64,000 nucleotides of DNA from Escherichia coli O127:H6 str. E2348/69 (GTDB lineage: Bacteria; Pseudomonadota; Gammaproteobacteria; Enterobacterales; Enterobacteriaceae): the NCBI RefSeq assembly GCF_000026545.1, contig NC_011601.1. One strand, written 5' to 3'. A program made the translations under genes and the position numbers. The notes beneath the pieces are model-generated. The model worked only from the letters and a program-made list of their open reading frames with translations, did not search any database and was not told the DNA's origin. Numbering within the stretch: position 1 is the stretch's first letter; each line of letters opens with the position of its first letter. This document shows, piece by piece, positions 24,713 through 35,123 of the stretch.

Positions 24713-25522
24713 TTACTTCTGGCACTGCCGACAATAAAACGTTGCCCGCTGCGCATGTTTAGTCGCCACAATCGGCGTACCGCACACCCGACACGGCTCA
24801 CCTTTTCGCCCGTAAACCTGCAATTCCTGAGCGAAATAGCCCGGTTTACCATCACTTTGCAGAAAATCTTTCAGCGTTGTACCGCCCTGCTCAATCGAAC
24901 GCAGCAACACCGCTTTAATCACCCGAGCTAACAATTCACACTCCGCCAGCGACAGTGATGACGCCAGCCGATCCGGATGGATCCCCGCCGCAAACAGCGA
25001 TTCGCTGGCATAGATATTCCCTACGCCTACCACCAGCTTGTTATCCATCAGCCACGGTTTAATCGCCGTTTTTTTCTTCGCGCACTTCTGATGCAGGTAC
25101 TCACCGTTGAAATCGTCACTAAGCGGCTCCGGTCCAAGATGGGCCAGCACGTTGTGCCCTTCCAGCTCTTTGGTCCATAGCCAGGCACCAAAGCGGCGCG
25201 GATCGGTGTAGCGCAGCACTTTGCCGTTGCTCATCACCAAATCCACATGGTCATGCTTTTCAGGGGGAAGTTCTTCTGGAAGGATGCGCAGGCTGCCAGA
25301 CATCCCCAAATGAATGATAATCCAGCCCTCAGGCAGCTCCAGCAGCAGATATTTAGCCCGGCGCTGCACGCTAAGCACTGGTTGGTCGCTTAAACGGTAG
25401 ATCTCTTCTGAAACCGGCCAGCGCAAGCGTCCGTTGCGCACCACCGCATGAAGAATGGTTGCACCAACGAGATGCGGTTCTATGCCGCGACGGCTGGTTT
25501 CAACTTCGGGTAATTCAGGCAT
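24713..25522 (-). CDS. mutM: Formamidopyrimidine-DNA glycosylase
   Basis: 269-aa ORF starting MPELPEVE; C-terminal zinc finger CRVCGTPI...CRQCQ. Confidence 0.95.
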
Positions 25523-25572
25523 AGCATCTCCAGGAATGAACAGATGCAGTCAATATGGGGGCAAGCAGATAA

Positions 25573-25603
25573 CAAAAAACCCCGCCGGGGCGAGGTTTTT
25601 TGT
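25573..25603 (-). terminator. Putative intrinsic terminator of rpmB-rpmG
   Basis: GC-rich hairpin (CCCCGCCGGGG) followed by a T/U-run on the minus-strand transcript, just downstream of rpmG. Confidence 0.5.
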
Positions 25604-25619
25604 TACATCAAAGCGAGAA

Positions 25620-25790
<171 letters not shown>

Positions 25791-25807
25791 TTATTTCCTC
25801 TAAGTAC

Positions 25808-26065
<258 letters not shown>

Positions 26066-26260
26066 TTAGCTCGAGCTTCGTATGGGGTATTGGCGCCTCG
26101 TCAGGCTTTACAGCCCGGTCATCGCAGTTCTATGTGAACTCTCGATTGCCAGGCCCAAATGCCAAACCCGAGATTCTCAAAGGTGGCGTAGTATACGCTG
26201 ACTCAGCGATGTGCTCAAGTCCCGAACAGACAAAGATCCCGAAGGATCGCGCATAGCGGG

Positions 26261-26935
26261 TTAAATCCAGCCGCGTTCGGCAAAAGAAACATACTCTCCA
26301 CGCCCAATCACGATATGGTCGAGCACGCGTAAATCCATGAACTGACAACTCTTTATTATCCGTTCAGTAATGAGTTTATCCGCTTTACTGGGTTCAGCAC
26401 AACCCGAAGGGTGATTATGCGCAAGGATCAGCGCCGAGGCGTTTATTTTTATCGCTTCGCGGATAATTTCCCGAGGATGGACTTCAACATGGTTTAGCGT
26501 GCCGGAAAAAAGACGGCTATGCGTTATAACTCTGTGTTGGGAGTCGAGAAAGATCACCATAAAGATCTCCCGCTCCTCGCCCGTGAGCTGGCTTTGTAAA
26601 AATTCCCTCGTCATCTCCGGGCTGAGTAAAGGGCTTTCTTCACGCATCCGTACGTTGTAGTAACGCCGCGCCAGTTCGGCAATCCCCTTTAACTGGGCGA
26701 ATTTCGCCACGCCAATTCCATGAACGCCACTAAATTGCTCATATTCAGAGGTTAACAAGCCATAAAGAGAGCCGAAATTCTCCAGCATCTCTTTTGCCAG
26801 GGTTAATACATCTTTACCGCGCGTTCCGGTACGCAGAAATAGCGCCAGCAGCTCGACATCCGTTAAGGCGCTAATACCAAACTTCAGCATTTTTTCGCGC
26901 GGCATCAACAGCTGTGCATTGTTTTTCACCTTCAC
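26261..26935 (-). CDS. yicR: UPF0758 / RadC-like JAMM protein YicR
   Basis: 224-aa ORF with JAMM-like HNHPSG motif; synteny. Confidence 0.88.
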
Positions 26936-27100
26936 CTCCTTTGTGGTGCTCGCATCCTGTCATAGCCGTTCCTTTAAATCGACGGCCAGTTTTCAATCCT
27001 GGAAAGCGCCTCGCAAAGTGAATCTCAGGTGAAGGCACGACAACAAAAGTATTGTGATAAAATCGCCAACTTCTGGTGTCACCCAACAGGAAAAATCATC

Positions 27101-28321
27101 ATGAGCCTGGCCGGTAAAAAAATCGTTCTCGGCGTTAGCGGCGGTATTGCTGCCTATAAAACCCCTGAACTGGTGCGTCGTTTGCGCGATCGCGGGGCCG
27201 ATGTCCGCGTAGCCATGACCGAAGCGGCAAAAGCCTTTATCACCCCACTTAGCTTGCAGGCGGTTTCTGGTTATCCCGTTTCCGACAGTCTGCTGGACCC
27301 GGCAGCCGAAGCCGCTATGGGCCATATTGAGCTGGGAAAATGGGCTGATTTAGTGATTCTCGCCCCTGCCACGGCAGATTTAATTGCCCGTGTTGCAGCC
27401 GGAATGGCGAATGACCTGGTATCGACGATTTGTCTGGCTACACCTGCGCCTGTAGCCGTGCTCCCCGCCATGAACCAGCAGATGTACCGTGCCGCTGCCA
27501 CGCAGCATAATTTAGAGGTGCTTGCCTCGCGTGGTTTGCTCATCTGGGGGCCAGACAGCGGCAGTCAGGCTTGTGGTGATATCGGCCCAGGGCGAATGCT
27601 CGATCCGTTAACCATTGTGGATATGGCGGTAGCGCATTTTTCGCCCGTCAACGACCTGAAACATCTGAACATTATGATTACCGCCGGTCCGACGCGTGAA
27701 CCGCTCGATCCCGTGCGTTATATCTCTAATCACAGCTCCGGCAAGATGGGTTTTGCTATCGCCGCCGCCGCAGCCCGTCGTGGCGCGAACGTCACGCTGG
27801 TATCAGGTCCGGTTTCACTACCGACGCCACCGTTTGTTAACCGTGTTGATGTGATGACCGCGCTGGAAATGGAAGCCGCCGTGAATGCTTCTGTACAGCA
27901 GCAAAATATTTTTATCGGTTGCGCCGCCGTGGCGGATTATCGCGCAGCTACCGTGGCCCCAGAAAAAATCAAAAAGCAGGCCACGCAGGGTGATGAATTA
28001 ACAATAAAAATGGTTAAAAACCCCGATATCGTCGCAGGCGTTGCCGCACTAAAAGACCATCGACCCTACGTCGTTGGATTTGCCGCCGAAACAAATAATG
28101 TGGAAGAATACGCCCGGCAAAAACGTATCCGTAAAAACCTTGATCTGATCTGCGCGAACGATGTTTCCCAGCCAACTCAAGGATTTAACAGCGACAACAA
28201 CGCATTACACCTTTTCTGGCAGGACGGAGATAAAGTCTTACCGCTTGAGCGCAAAGAGCTCCTTGGCCAATTATTACTCGACGAGATCGTGACCCGTTAT
28301 GATGAAAAAAATCGACGTTAA
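27101..28321 (+). CDS. dfp: Bifunctional phosphopantothenoylcysteine decarboxylase / synthetase
   Basis: ORF 27029..28321 trimmed to ATG 27101 ([20 protein letters not shown]), 406 aa. Confidence 0.95.
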
Positions 28322-28757
28322 GATTCTGGACCCGCGCGTTGGGAAGGAATTTCCGCTCCCGACTTATGCCACCTCTGGCTCTGCCGGACTTGACCTGCGT
28401 GCCTGTCTCGACGACGCCGTAGAACTGGCTCCGGGTGACACTACGCTAGTTCCGACCGGGCTGGCGATTCATATTGCCGATCCTTCACTGGCGGCAATGA
28501 TGCTGCCGCGCTCCGGATTGGGACATAAGCACGGTATCGTGCTTGGTAACCTGGTAGGATTGATCGATTCTGACTATCAGGGCCAGTTGATGATTTCCGT
28601 GTGGAACCGTGGTCAGGACAGCTTCACCATTCAACCTGGCGAACGCATCGCCCAGATGATTTTTGTTCCGGTAGTACAGGCTGAATTTAATCTGGTGGAA
28701 GATTTCGACGCCACCGACCGCGGTGAAGGCGGCTTTGGTCACTCTGGTCGTCAGTAA
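28299..28757 (+). CDS. dut: dUTP diphosphatase
   Basis: 152-aa [18 protein letters not shown]...; overlaps the dfp 3' end. Confidence 0.95.
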
Positions 28758-28863
28758 CACATACGCATCCGAATAACGTCATAACATAGCCGCAAACATT
28801 TCGTTTGCGGTCATAGCGTGGGTGCCGCCTGGCAAGTGCTTATTTTCAGGGGTATTTTGTAAC

Positions 28864-29460
28864 ATGGCAGAAAAACAAACTGCGAAAAGGAACCGTCGCG
28901 AGGAAATACTTCAGTCTCTGGCGCTGATGCTGGAATCCAGCGATGGAAGCCAACGTATCACGACGGCAAAACTGGCCGCCTCTGTCGGCGTTTCCGAAGC
29001 GGCACTGTATCGCCACTTCCCCAGTAAGACCCGCATGTTCGATAGCCTGATTGAGTTTATCGAAGATAGCCTGATTACTCGCATCAATCTGATTCTGAAA
29101 GATGAGAAGGACACCACAGCGCGCCTGCGTCTGATCGTGTTGTTGCTCCTCGGTTTTGGTGAGCGTAATCCTGGCCTGACTCGCATCCTCACTGGTCATG
29201 CGCTAATGTTCGAACAGGATCGTCTGCAAGGGCGCATCAACCAGCTGTTCGAGCGTATTGAAGCGCAGTTGCGTCAGGTATTGCGTGAAAAGAGAATGCG
29301 TGAGGGTGAAGGTTACACCACCGATGAAACCCTGCTGGCAAGCCAGTTGCTGGCATTTTGTGAAGGTATGCTGTCACGATTTGTCCGCAGCGAGTTTAAA
29401 TACCGCCCGACGGATGATTTTGACGCCCGCTGGCCGCTAATTGCCGCACAGTTGCAGTAA
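28864..29460 (+). CDS. slmA: Nucleoid occlusion factor SlmA (TetR family)
   Basis: ORF 28822..29460 trimmed to ATG 28864 ([16 protein letters not shown]...), 198 aa. Confidence 0.93.
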
Positions 29461-29503
29461 TTCTCCCAAACGTTCAGGCAGAAACGTCTGCCTGACGCTT
29501 TTC

Positions 29504-30463
29504 TTACCATACCACCAGCATTCGCTTTACACCCTCCCTCGCCTGTTTAAAACCCTCATCCTCAGGATTGATTTGCAATAACCAGTTTATTCTTCCCTGC
29601 AAAGCATAAAGATACGCCGTTGCCTGTGCATGAAGATCGCCAGAAGAATCAAGCTCACCACGACGACTAAGATGCGAAATGACGCCATATTTTTGGCACA
29701 AATGTACTTCCTGACGCAGTGCCCTCCGCACTTCGCGGGCGAGTTGTGGTTTGTGATTAACAACAATCCCGGTTACTTGCTGGCGCTTACAGGCCGCGAC
29801 CAGGCAGCTTTTGCGTTGATTGAGGTTCAGGCCCAGCTCCGCTAACAATCCGCACACTTTATTTTTAACCAGGCGGGCATTGAAGTGACCGGAAAAGGTC
29901 ATGTCATCGCAGTAGCGGGTGTAGGTAATTCCCCGAGCCTGACACCATTCCCCTATGCGCTCATCAAAACGGCACATCACAAGATTGGAAATGGCAGGCG
30001 AAGTTGGTGCCCCCTGCGGTAACGCGTCGTTATAGCAACAAAGCCAGGTCAGCATGCTTACCACATTGCGTGGCAACTGGGCCTGGCGAAACACACGCCA
30101 GACCTGTAACCAGCTAATGCTATCGAAAAAGTTTTCGATATCGAGTTTCAGGATCTGCGGCTGTTGGCAGTGAGGCTGCGCATTGCTGACGATTGGGCAA
30201 CCCGGCCGGTAGGCGGTAGCAAAAGGGGAAAGAGGGAATTGTGAAAGGACGTTCTTAAGAATGTTGCGCTGTACGGTTTTGAGCAAGTAATTAGGGGCTA
30301 ACACCACCCGCTGACCGCCGTGACGCTTAGAAAGAATAATCCGTCGGTAATGGCGTGCGGCATGATTACTGAGCGCATACAGCCGCTGTATTTCTTTATC
30401 GGCGCTCCAGCCCGGCGAGCCGAACAAATCAAGCGCCAGAAGGGTTATCCGGGTAGCATCCAT
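29504..30463 (-). CDS. Retron-type reverse transcriptase
   Basis: 319 aa from ATG (ORF track gives 323 aa from an upstream GTG); RT motifs YCDDMTFSG (YxDD) and QGAPTSPAISNL; retron-typical VTG motif (QVTGIVVN); between slmA and pyrE, where K-12 has only a short intergenic palindrome. Confidence 0.85.
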   Translation of the reverse strand: MDATRITLLALDLFGSPGWSADKEIQRLYALSNHAARHYRRIILSKRHGGQRVVLAPNYLLKTVQRNILKNVLSQFPLSPFATAYRPGCPIVSNAQPHCQQPQILKLDIENFFDSISWLQVWRVFRQAQLPRNVVSMLTWLCCYNDALPQGAPTSPAISNLVMCRFDERIGEWCQARGITYTRYCDDMTFSGHFNARLVKNKVCGLLAELGLNLNQRKSCLVAACKRQQVTGIVVNHKPQLAREVRRALRQEVHLCQKYGVISHLSRRGELDSSGDLHAQATAYLYALQGRINWLLQINPEDEGFKQAREGVKRMLVVW

Positions 30464-30469
30464 TCCACT

Positions 30470-30755
30470 CTCCACATCACGGCGACCAAAAGAGGCACCA
30501 ACAGCGGCAATACCCTCAAACTATCCCGAAGGCGCGTAACTGTACTGAGCGCGTCAGCGCGACGTACGCGAAGCGTACTTAAGTACAATGGAGCGACTTT
30601 GGGTATCTGGACAAACTACTGGCGTTAAGTCGGCGACTCGCCGACCCTCCCGGCACAAAAGGCCGGAAACGCTATTGCCACTGCTGGCGAAAGCAGATTA
30701 ACACGATATCTTAAACCGCATCACGCTGCGCACAGTAAAAACCTGCGCAGCGCAT
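30470..30755 (-). ncRNA. Putative retron msr/msd template RNA (boundaries approximate)
   Basis: ~290 bp non-coding region directly upstream of the RT on the same strand, dense in perfect hairpins/palindromes (GTACGCGAAGCGTAC, GTCGGCGACTCGCCGAC, CGCTGCGCA...TGCGCAGCG). Confidence 0.5.
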
Positions 30756-30759
30756 ATTT

Positions 30760-31401
30760 TTAAACGCCGAACTCTTCGCGATAGGCCTTAACCGCCGCCA
30801 GATGTTCCGCCATTTCCGGCTTCTCTTCAAGGTAAGCAATCAGGTCTTTCAGGGTGATGATAGAGATCACTTTGCAGTTGTAATCACGCTCAACTTCCTG
30901 AATCGCCGAAATCTCGCCGCGCCCGCGCTCCTGACGATCGAGCGAAATCAATACGCCAGCAAGCGTCGCGCCATTGGCCTGAATAATTTCCATCGACTCG
31001 CGAATCGCCGTTCCGGCGGTGATCACATCATCCACCAGCATTACGCGTCCTTGTAATGCGCTACCGACCAGATTGCCGCCTTCACCGTGATCTTTTGCTT
31101 CTTTGCGGTTAAAGCAGTACGGCAGGTCCAGGTCATGATGCTCCGCCAGCGCTACAGCGGTAGTAGTGGCAATTGGGATCCCTTTGTAAGCAGGGCCAAA
31201 CAGCAGATCGAACTCAATGCCGGAATCCACTAACGCTTCAGCGTAAAAACGGCCTAACAGTGCCAGATCGCGCCCGGTATTAAACAGCCCGGCGTTGAAG
31301 AAATAGGGGCTTTTGCGCCCGGACTTCAGCGTAAACTCGCCAAACTTTAACACCTGCTTGCTAAGCGCAAATTCAATAAACTGGCGCTGATATGGTTTCA
31401 T
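30760..31401 (-). CDS. pyrE: Orotate phosphoribosyltransferase
   Basis: ORF 30760..31416 trimmed to [11 protein letters not shown] (213 aa); PRPP-binding motif [13 protein letters not shown]. Confidence 0.95.
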
Positions 31402-31466
31402 GCCTTCGCTCCTCATCTTACTTTTCTACAGACAAAAAAAAGGCGACTCATCAGTCGCCTTAAAAA

Positions 31467-32183
31467 TCAGTTTGCCAGCGCCGCCTTCTGCGTCGCTACA
31501 ATGGATTCGATTCCCCCTCGGGCCAGCGCCAACAAGGTGAGTAGCTCTTCATGGGTAAACGGCTCGCCTTCTGCCGTTCCCTGAACTTCAATGATGCGCC
31601 CGTCTTCGGTCATCACCACGTTCATGTCCGTTTCAGCGGCAGAGTCTTCAACGTATTCCAGATCGCAAACCGCTTCGCCGTTCACAATACCAACAGAAAC
31701 CGCGGCTACCATCCCTTTCATCGGGTTGGTTTTCAGCTTGCCATTTTCAACCAGTTTATTCAGGGCATCGGCCAGTGCAACACAAGCACCGGTAATCGAA
31801 GCGGTACGCGTGCCACCATCAGCCTGAAGCACGTCGCAGTCCAGCGTAATGGTGAACTCACCCAGCGCTTTCAAATCTACTGCCGCGCGAAGAGCACGGG
31901 CGATCAGACGCTGGATTTCCATTGTGCGTCCCCCCTGCTTACCTTTCGCCGCTTCACGGGCATTACGGGTATGAGTAGAACGCGGCAGCATACCGTATTC
32001 TGCGGTGATCCAGCCCTGGCCCTGACCTTTCAGGAAGCGCGGCACGCCTTCTTCAATAGAGGCGGTACACAACACTTTGGTATCGCCAAATTCGACCAGC
32101 ACCGAGCCTTCTGCATGTTTTGTATAGTTACGAGTCAGGGTAACGGGACGCACCTGATTATTGCTACGGCCTGCTGGACGCAT
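31467..32183 (-). CDS. rph: Ribonuclease PH (full length)
   Basis: ORF 31467..32207 trimmed to [15 protein letters not shown] (238 aa); C-terminus intact. Confidence 0.95.
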
Positions 32184-32309
32184 ATTGAAATCTCCGGCTT
32201 GAAACAAATGTGGCTGCGCATTATACGGACTTCCGGCGGTTATTCCTATCCTGACAAGGCATCGATGGCTATAATCCTTCCACCTCTCCTTTTATAAACA
32301 GGAACGTCT

Positions 32310-33173
32310 ATGATCCGCAGTATGACCGCCTACGCCCGGCGTGAAATCAAGGGTGAATGGGGGAGCGCAACCTGGGAAATGCGCTCGGTAAACCAGCGTT
32401 ATCTGGAAACTTACTTTCGTCTGCCGGAGCAGTTCCGTAGCCTTGAACCTGTCGTTCGTGAGCGTATTCGTTCTCGCCTGACGCGCGGTAAAGTGGAATG
32501 TACCCTGCGCTATGAGCCCGATGTCAGCGCGCAAGGTGAGCTGATCCTCAACGAAAAACTGGCTAAACAGCTGGTAACTGCCGCGAACTGGGTAAAAATG
32601 CAGAGTGACGAAGGGGAAATCAACCCGGTTGATATTCTCCGCTGGCCAGGCGTGATGGCGGCCCAGGAACAGGATCTCGACGCGATTGCCGCTGAAATTC
32701 TCGCGGCGCTGGATGGTACGCTGGACGACTTTATCATCGCGCGCGAAACCGAAGGTCAGGCGCTGAAAGCATTGATCGAGCAGCGTCTGGAAGGCGTGAC
32801 CGCCGAAGTGGTCAAAGTCCGCGCCCACATGCCGGAAATCCTGCAATGGCAGCGTGAGCGTCTGGTGGCTAAGCTGGAAGACGCCCAGGTGCAACTGGAA
32901 AACAACCGTCTGGAGCAGGAGTTGGTTCTGCTGGCACAACGAATTGACGTTGCCGAAGAGTTGGACCGCCTCGAAGCGCATGTTAAAGAGACCTACAACA
33001 TTCTGAAGAAAAAAGAAGCCGTTGGTCGTCGTCTGGACTTTATGATGCAGGAGTTCAACCGCGAGTCGAACACCCTGGCCTCGAAGTCTATCAATGCCGA
33101 AGTGACTAACTCCGCCATTGAGCTGAAAGTGTTGATCGAGCAGATGCGCGAGCAGATTCAGAATATTGAATGA
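32310..33173 (+). CDS. yicC: YicC family stress-induced protein
   Basis: 287-aa ORF; synteny with rph. Confidence 0.9.
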   Translation: MIRSMTAYARREIKGEWGSATWEMRSVNQRYLETYFRLPEQFRSLEPVVRERIRSRLTRGKVECTLRYEPDVSAQGELILNEKLAKQLVTAANWVKMQSDEGEINPVDILRWPGVMAAQEQDLDAIAAEILAALDGTLDDFIIARETEGQALKALIEQRLEGVTAEVVKVRAHMPEILQWQRERLVAKLEDAQVQLENNRLEQELVLLAQRIDVAEELDRLEAHVKETYNILKKKEAVGRRLDFMMQEFNRESNTLASKSINAEVTNSAIELKVLIEQMREQIQNIE

Positions 33174-33212
33174 TTTTGCATGCTGTCGCATGAAATTGCA
33201 AAAATCCATCAT

Positions 33213-33237
33213 AGCCCGCATTTTGCGGGCTTTTTTA
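33213..33237 (+). terminator. Intrinsic terminator of yicC
   Basis: Hairpin AGCCCGC-ATTTT-GCGGGCT followed by a T-run, 40 nt past the yicC stop. Confidence 0.65.
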
Positions 33238-33281
33238 TTTTCATACTGTCGCATATGATTGCATAGCATCGCGCAAAACAT

Positions 33282-33300
33282 TTGTACCCAAGACTGTACC
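33282..33300. repeat. attL core (left copy of the 19-bp direct repeat)
   Basis: TTGTACCCAAGACTGTACC, identical to 44406..44424; 61 bp upstream of the integrase start. Confidence 0.75.
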
Positions 33301-33360
33301 TTTAATAATTTATCCAATTCATTTTGGGTACAAAATGATAGTCAATATTCAGGTGAAACT

Positions 33361-34620
33361 ATGGCAAAGCTGACAGATATCCAAATCAAGTCATGGATTA
33401 AGGCAGGAGAACGCTTCGAGGGGCGCTCTGACGGCAACGGGCTATACCTTCGCTATCGAGTGGGGGATAAAGTGCCTGTATGGCGTTTTCGATATCAGTT
33501 CGCTGGGAAATCACGGGTAATGCTTATTGGATCTTATAGCGAAATATCCCTTTCCAAAGCACGGGAAATAGCCAAGGAATTATCCGCACGTGTAGCCCTG
33601 GGCTTCGATGTCGCCGGGGAAAAGAAAGCGCGAAAAGCGGCTGCTATAGAAAAGATGGAGCGGGAGAAAAACGCGCTTCGCGTGTCAGAGCTAGCAACCG
33701 AGTATTTCGAACGGCAGATTTTGGGACGCTGGAAACATCCCGATCTTCTGCGCCGGAGAATCGATAAGGATATCAACCCACATATTGGCAACATGAAGAT
33801 AGAGGACGTAAAACCCCGTCATATTGATGCGATGCTACAGAGCGTTGTTGATCGTGGCGCTCCAACCGTAGCTAATGACGTTCTGCGCTGGACTAAACGC
33901 ATATTCGATTATGCTATCAAGCGTCATGCACTGGAATTAAACCCAGCTGGAGCATTTGATCTGTCAGACGCTGGCGGGCAGGAAAGTAGCCGTATGCGCT
34001 GGCTGACCCGTGAAGAACTTATACGTTTTTTCCAAGCTATGCGCACTGCAAAAGGATTCAGCCGCGAGAACGAGCTGACCATGAAGCTAATCCTCTGCCT
34101 GTGTTGTCGCAAAATGGAGCTGTGCGGTGCTCAGTGGGATGAATTCGACCTTGATGAAGCAGTGTGGCATCTACCAGCAGAACGCGTTAAAAACGGCGAC
34201 GCTATTGATATACCACTACCTCCACCTGCGGTTGGTTGGTTGAGAGAGCTTCGCACTATCGCGGGCAGTGGGAGTAAATGGGTTCTCCCCGCGCGGAAGA
34301 TGCAACACCGCATGATTCCCCACATTCAGGAAAGCACACTCCCAGTGGCGCTGGCAAAAGTACGCCGCGAAATGCCAGAAGTACCAAACTTCACAATTCA
34401 CGATTTCAGGCGTACCGCCCGCACCCATTTAGCGGCGTTGGGTGTCGATCCCGTAGTCGCAGAACGTTGCCTGAATCACCGCATTAAAGGCGTTGAGGGT
34501 ATCTACAACCGCCACCAGTACTTTGAAGAACGACGGGCAGCCCTGGAACTGTGGGCGGGGCTTCTGGTTTCGCTTGAACGAGGGGAAAACTACAATGTTA
34601 TTCCTTTATCTAAAATATAA
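33361..34620 (+). CDS. int: Tyrosine-type site-specific integrase (P4-like)
   Basis: ORF 33259..34620 trimmed to MAKLTDIQIKSW (419 aa); catalytic region HDFRRTARTHL and C-terminal Tyr region (GIYNRHQY). Confidence 0.9.
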   Translation: MAKLTDIQIKSWIKAGERFEGRSDGNGLYLRYRVGDKVPVWRFRYQFAGKSRVMLIGSYSEISLSKAREIAKELSARVALGFDVAGEKKARKAAAIEKMEREKNALRVSELATEYFERQILGRWKHPDLLRRRIDKDINPHIGNMKIEDVKPRHIDAMLQSVVDRGAPTVANDVLRWTKRIFDYAIKRHALELNPAGAFDLSDAGGQESSRMRWLTREELIRFFQAMRTAKGFSRENELTMKLILCLCCRKMELCGAQWDEFDLDEAVWHLPAERVKNGDAIDIPLPPPAVGWLRELRTIAGSGSKWVLPARKMQHRMIPHIQESTLPVALAKVRREMPEVPNFTIHDFRRTARTHLAALGVDPVVAERCLNHRIKGVEGIYNRHQYFEERRAALELWAGLLVSLERGENYNVIPLSKI

Positions 34621-34636
34621 AAGTTTTGTTTGAAGG

Positions 34637-34739
34637 TATTCACCCTATTCACCTTTTTAATTAACTTCATGATTTTAAATAATAAAAAAGGGTGAATACT
34701 TACAGTAAAACTAATCACCTTAGTATTCACCTGTTCACC
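34637..34739. repeat. Cluster of five TATTCACC/TGTTCACC 8-mers (putative recombinase arm-type or regulator sites)
   Basis: TATTCACC at 34637, 34646 and 34724; TGTTCACC at 34732; inverted copy GGTGAATA at 34691; directly downstream of int. Confidence 0.5.
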
Positions 34740-34817
34740 TTCTAAAGCTGCTGTGGCTGCTCCCCTTGCCCGAAAACACGCCAGCCACCAGCGTTAAAAA
34801 AAACTACAAAAATCATC

Positions 34818-34839
34818 ATCGTACAGATCTGTACGATGA
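34818..34839. promoter_or_regulatory. Perfect 22-bp palindrome, putative operator
   Basis: CATCGTACAGATCTGTACGATG in the non-coding region between int and the cargo operon. Confidence 0.4.
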
Positions 34840-35123
34840 CGCCAGCACTCACCCTACAAAACAACCTAACTTATTGATTTCAAAAGTAGAGAAAATCTGC
34901 TTTATGCCACTAGCTCGCACCCGTCCCCAAAAAGAAAAAGCCCGCGCTGGAGACGCACGGGCTTTTGGGTACCGATAACCATGTTTGGAATCAACTCATT
35001 GAGTTCTGACCTCAATTTGCATGTTATCACAAGAAAAACACATTGTAATAATTGCAACAACGAATATCATCATTGCATATAATGAAACATAAATATCCGA
35101 TAGAACATACTGAGGTCTGACCG

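Noticed and set aside
30320-30628. 102-aa plus-strand ORF near the retron
   Set aside because: Overlaps the RT 5' end and the structured msr/msd region on the opposite strand; likely spurious.
31551-33317. Long ORFs antisense to rph (248 aa, plus strand) and yicC (341 aa, minus strand)
   Set aside because: Both overlap well-supported genes on the opposite strand and have no start-codon context.
33282-33360. A tRNA or tmRNA gene as the integration target at the left island junction
   Set aside because: No tRNA-like cloverleaf or conserved tRNA 3' end is present next to either 19-bp core; the island appears to use an intergenic attB.
34766-34978. 70-aa ORF in the int / cargo intergenic region
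   Set aside because: No ribosome-binding site; it spans the 22-bp palindrome and a terminator-like hairpin, so the region is more plausibly regulatory.
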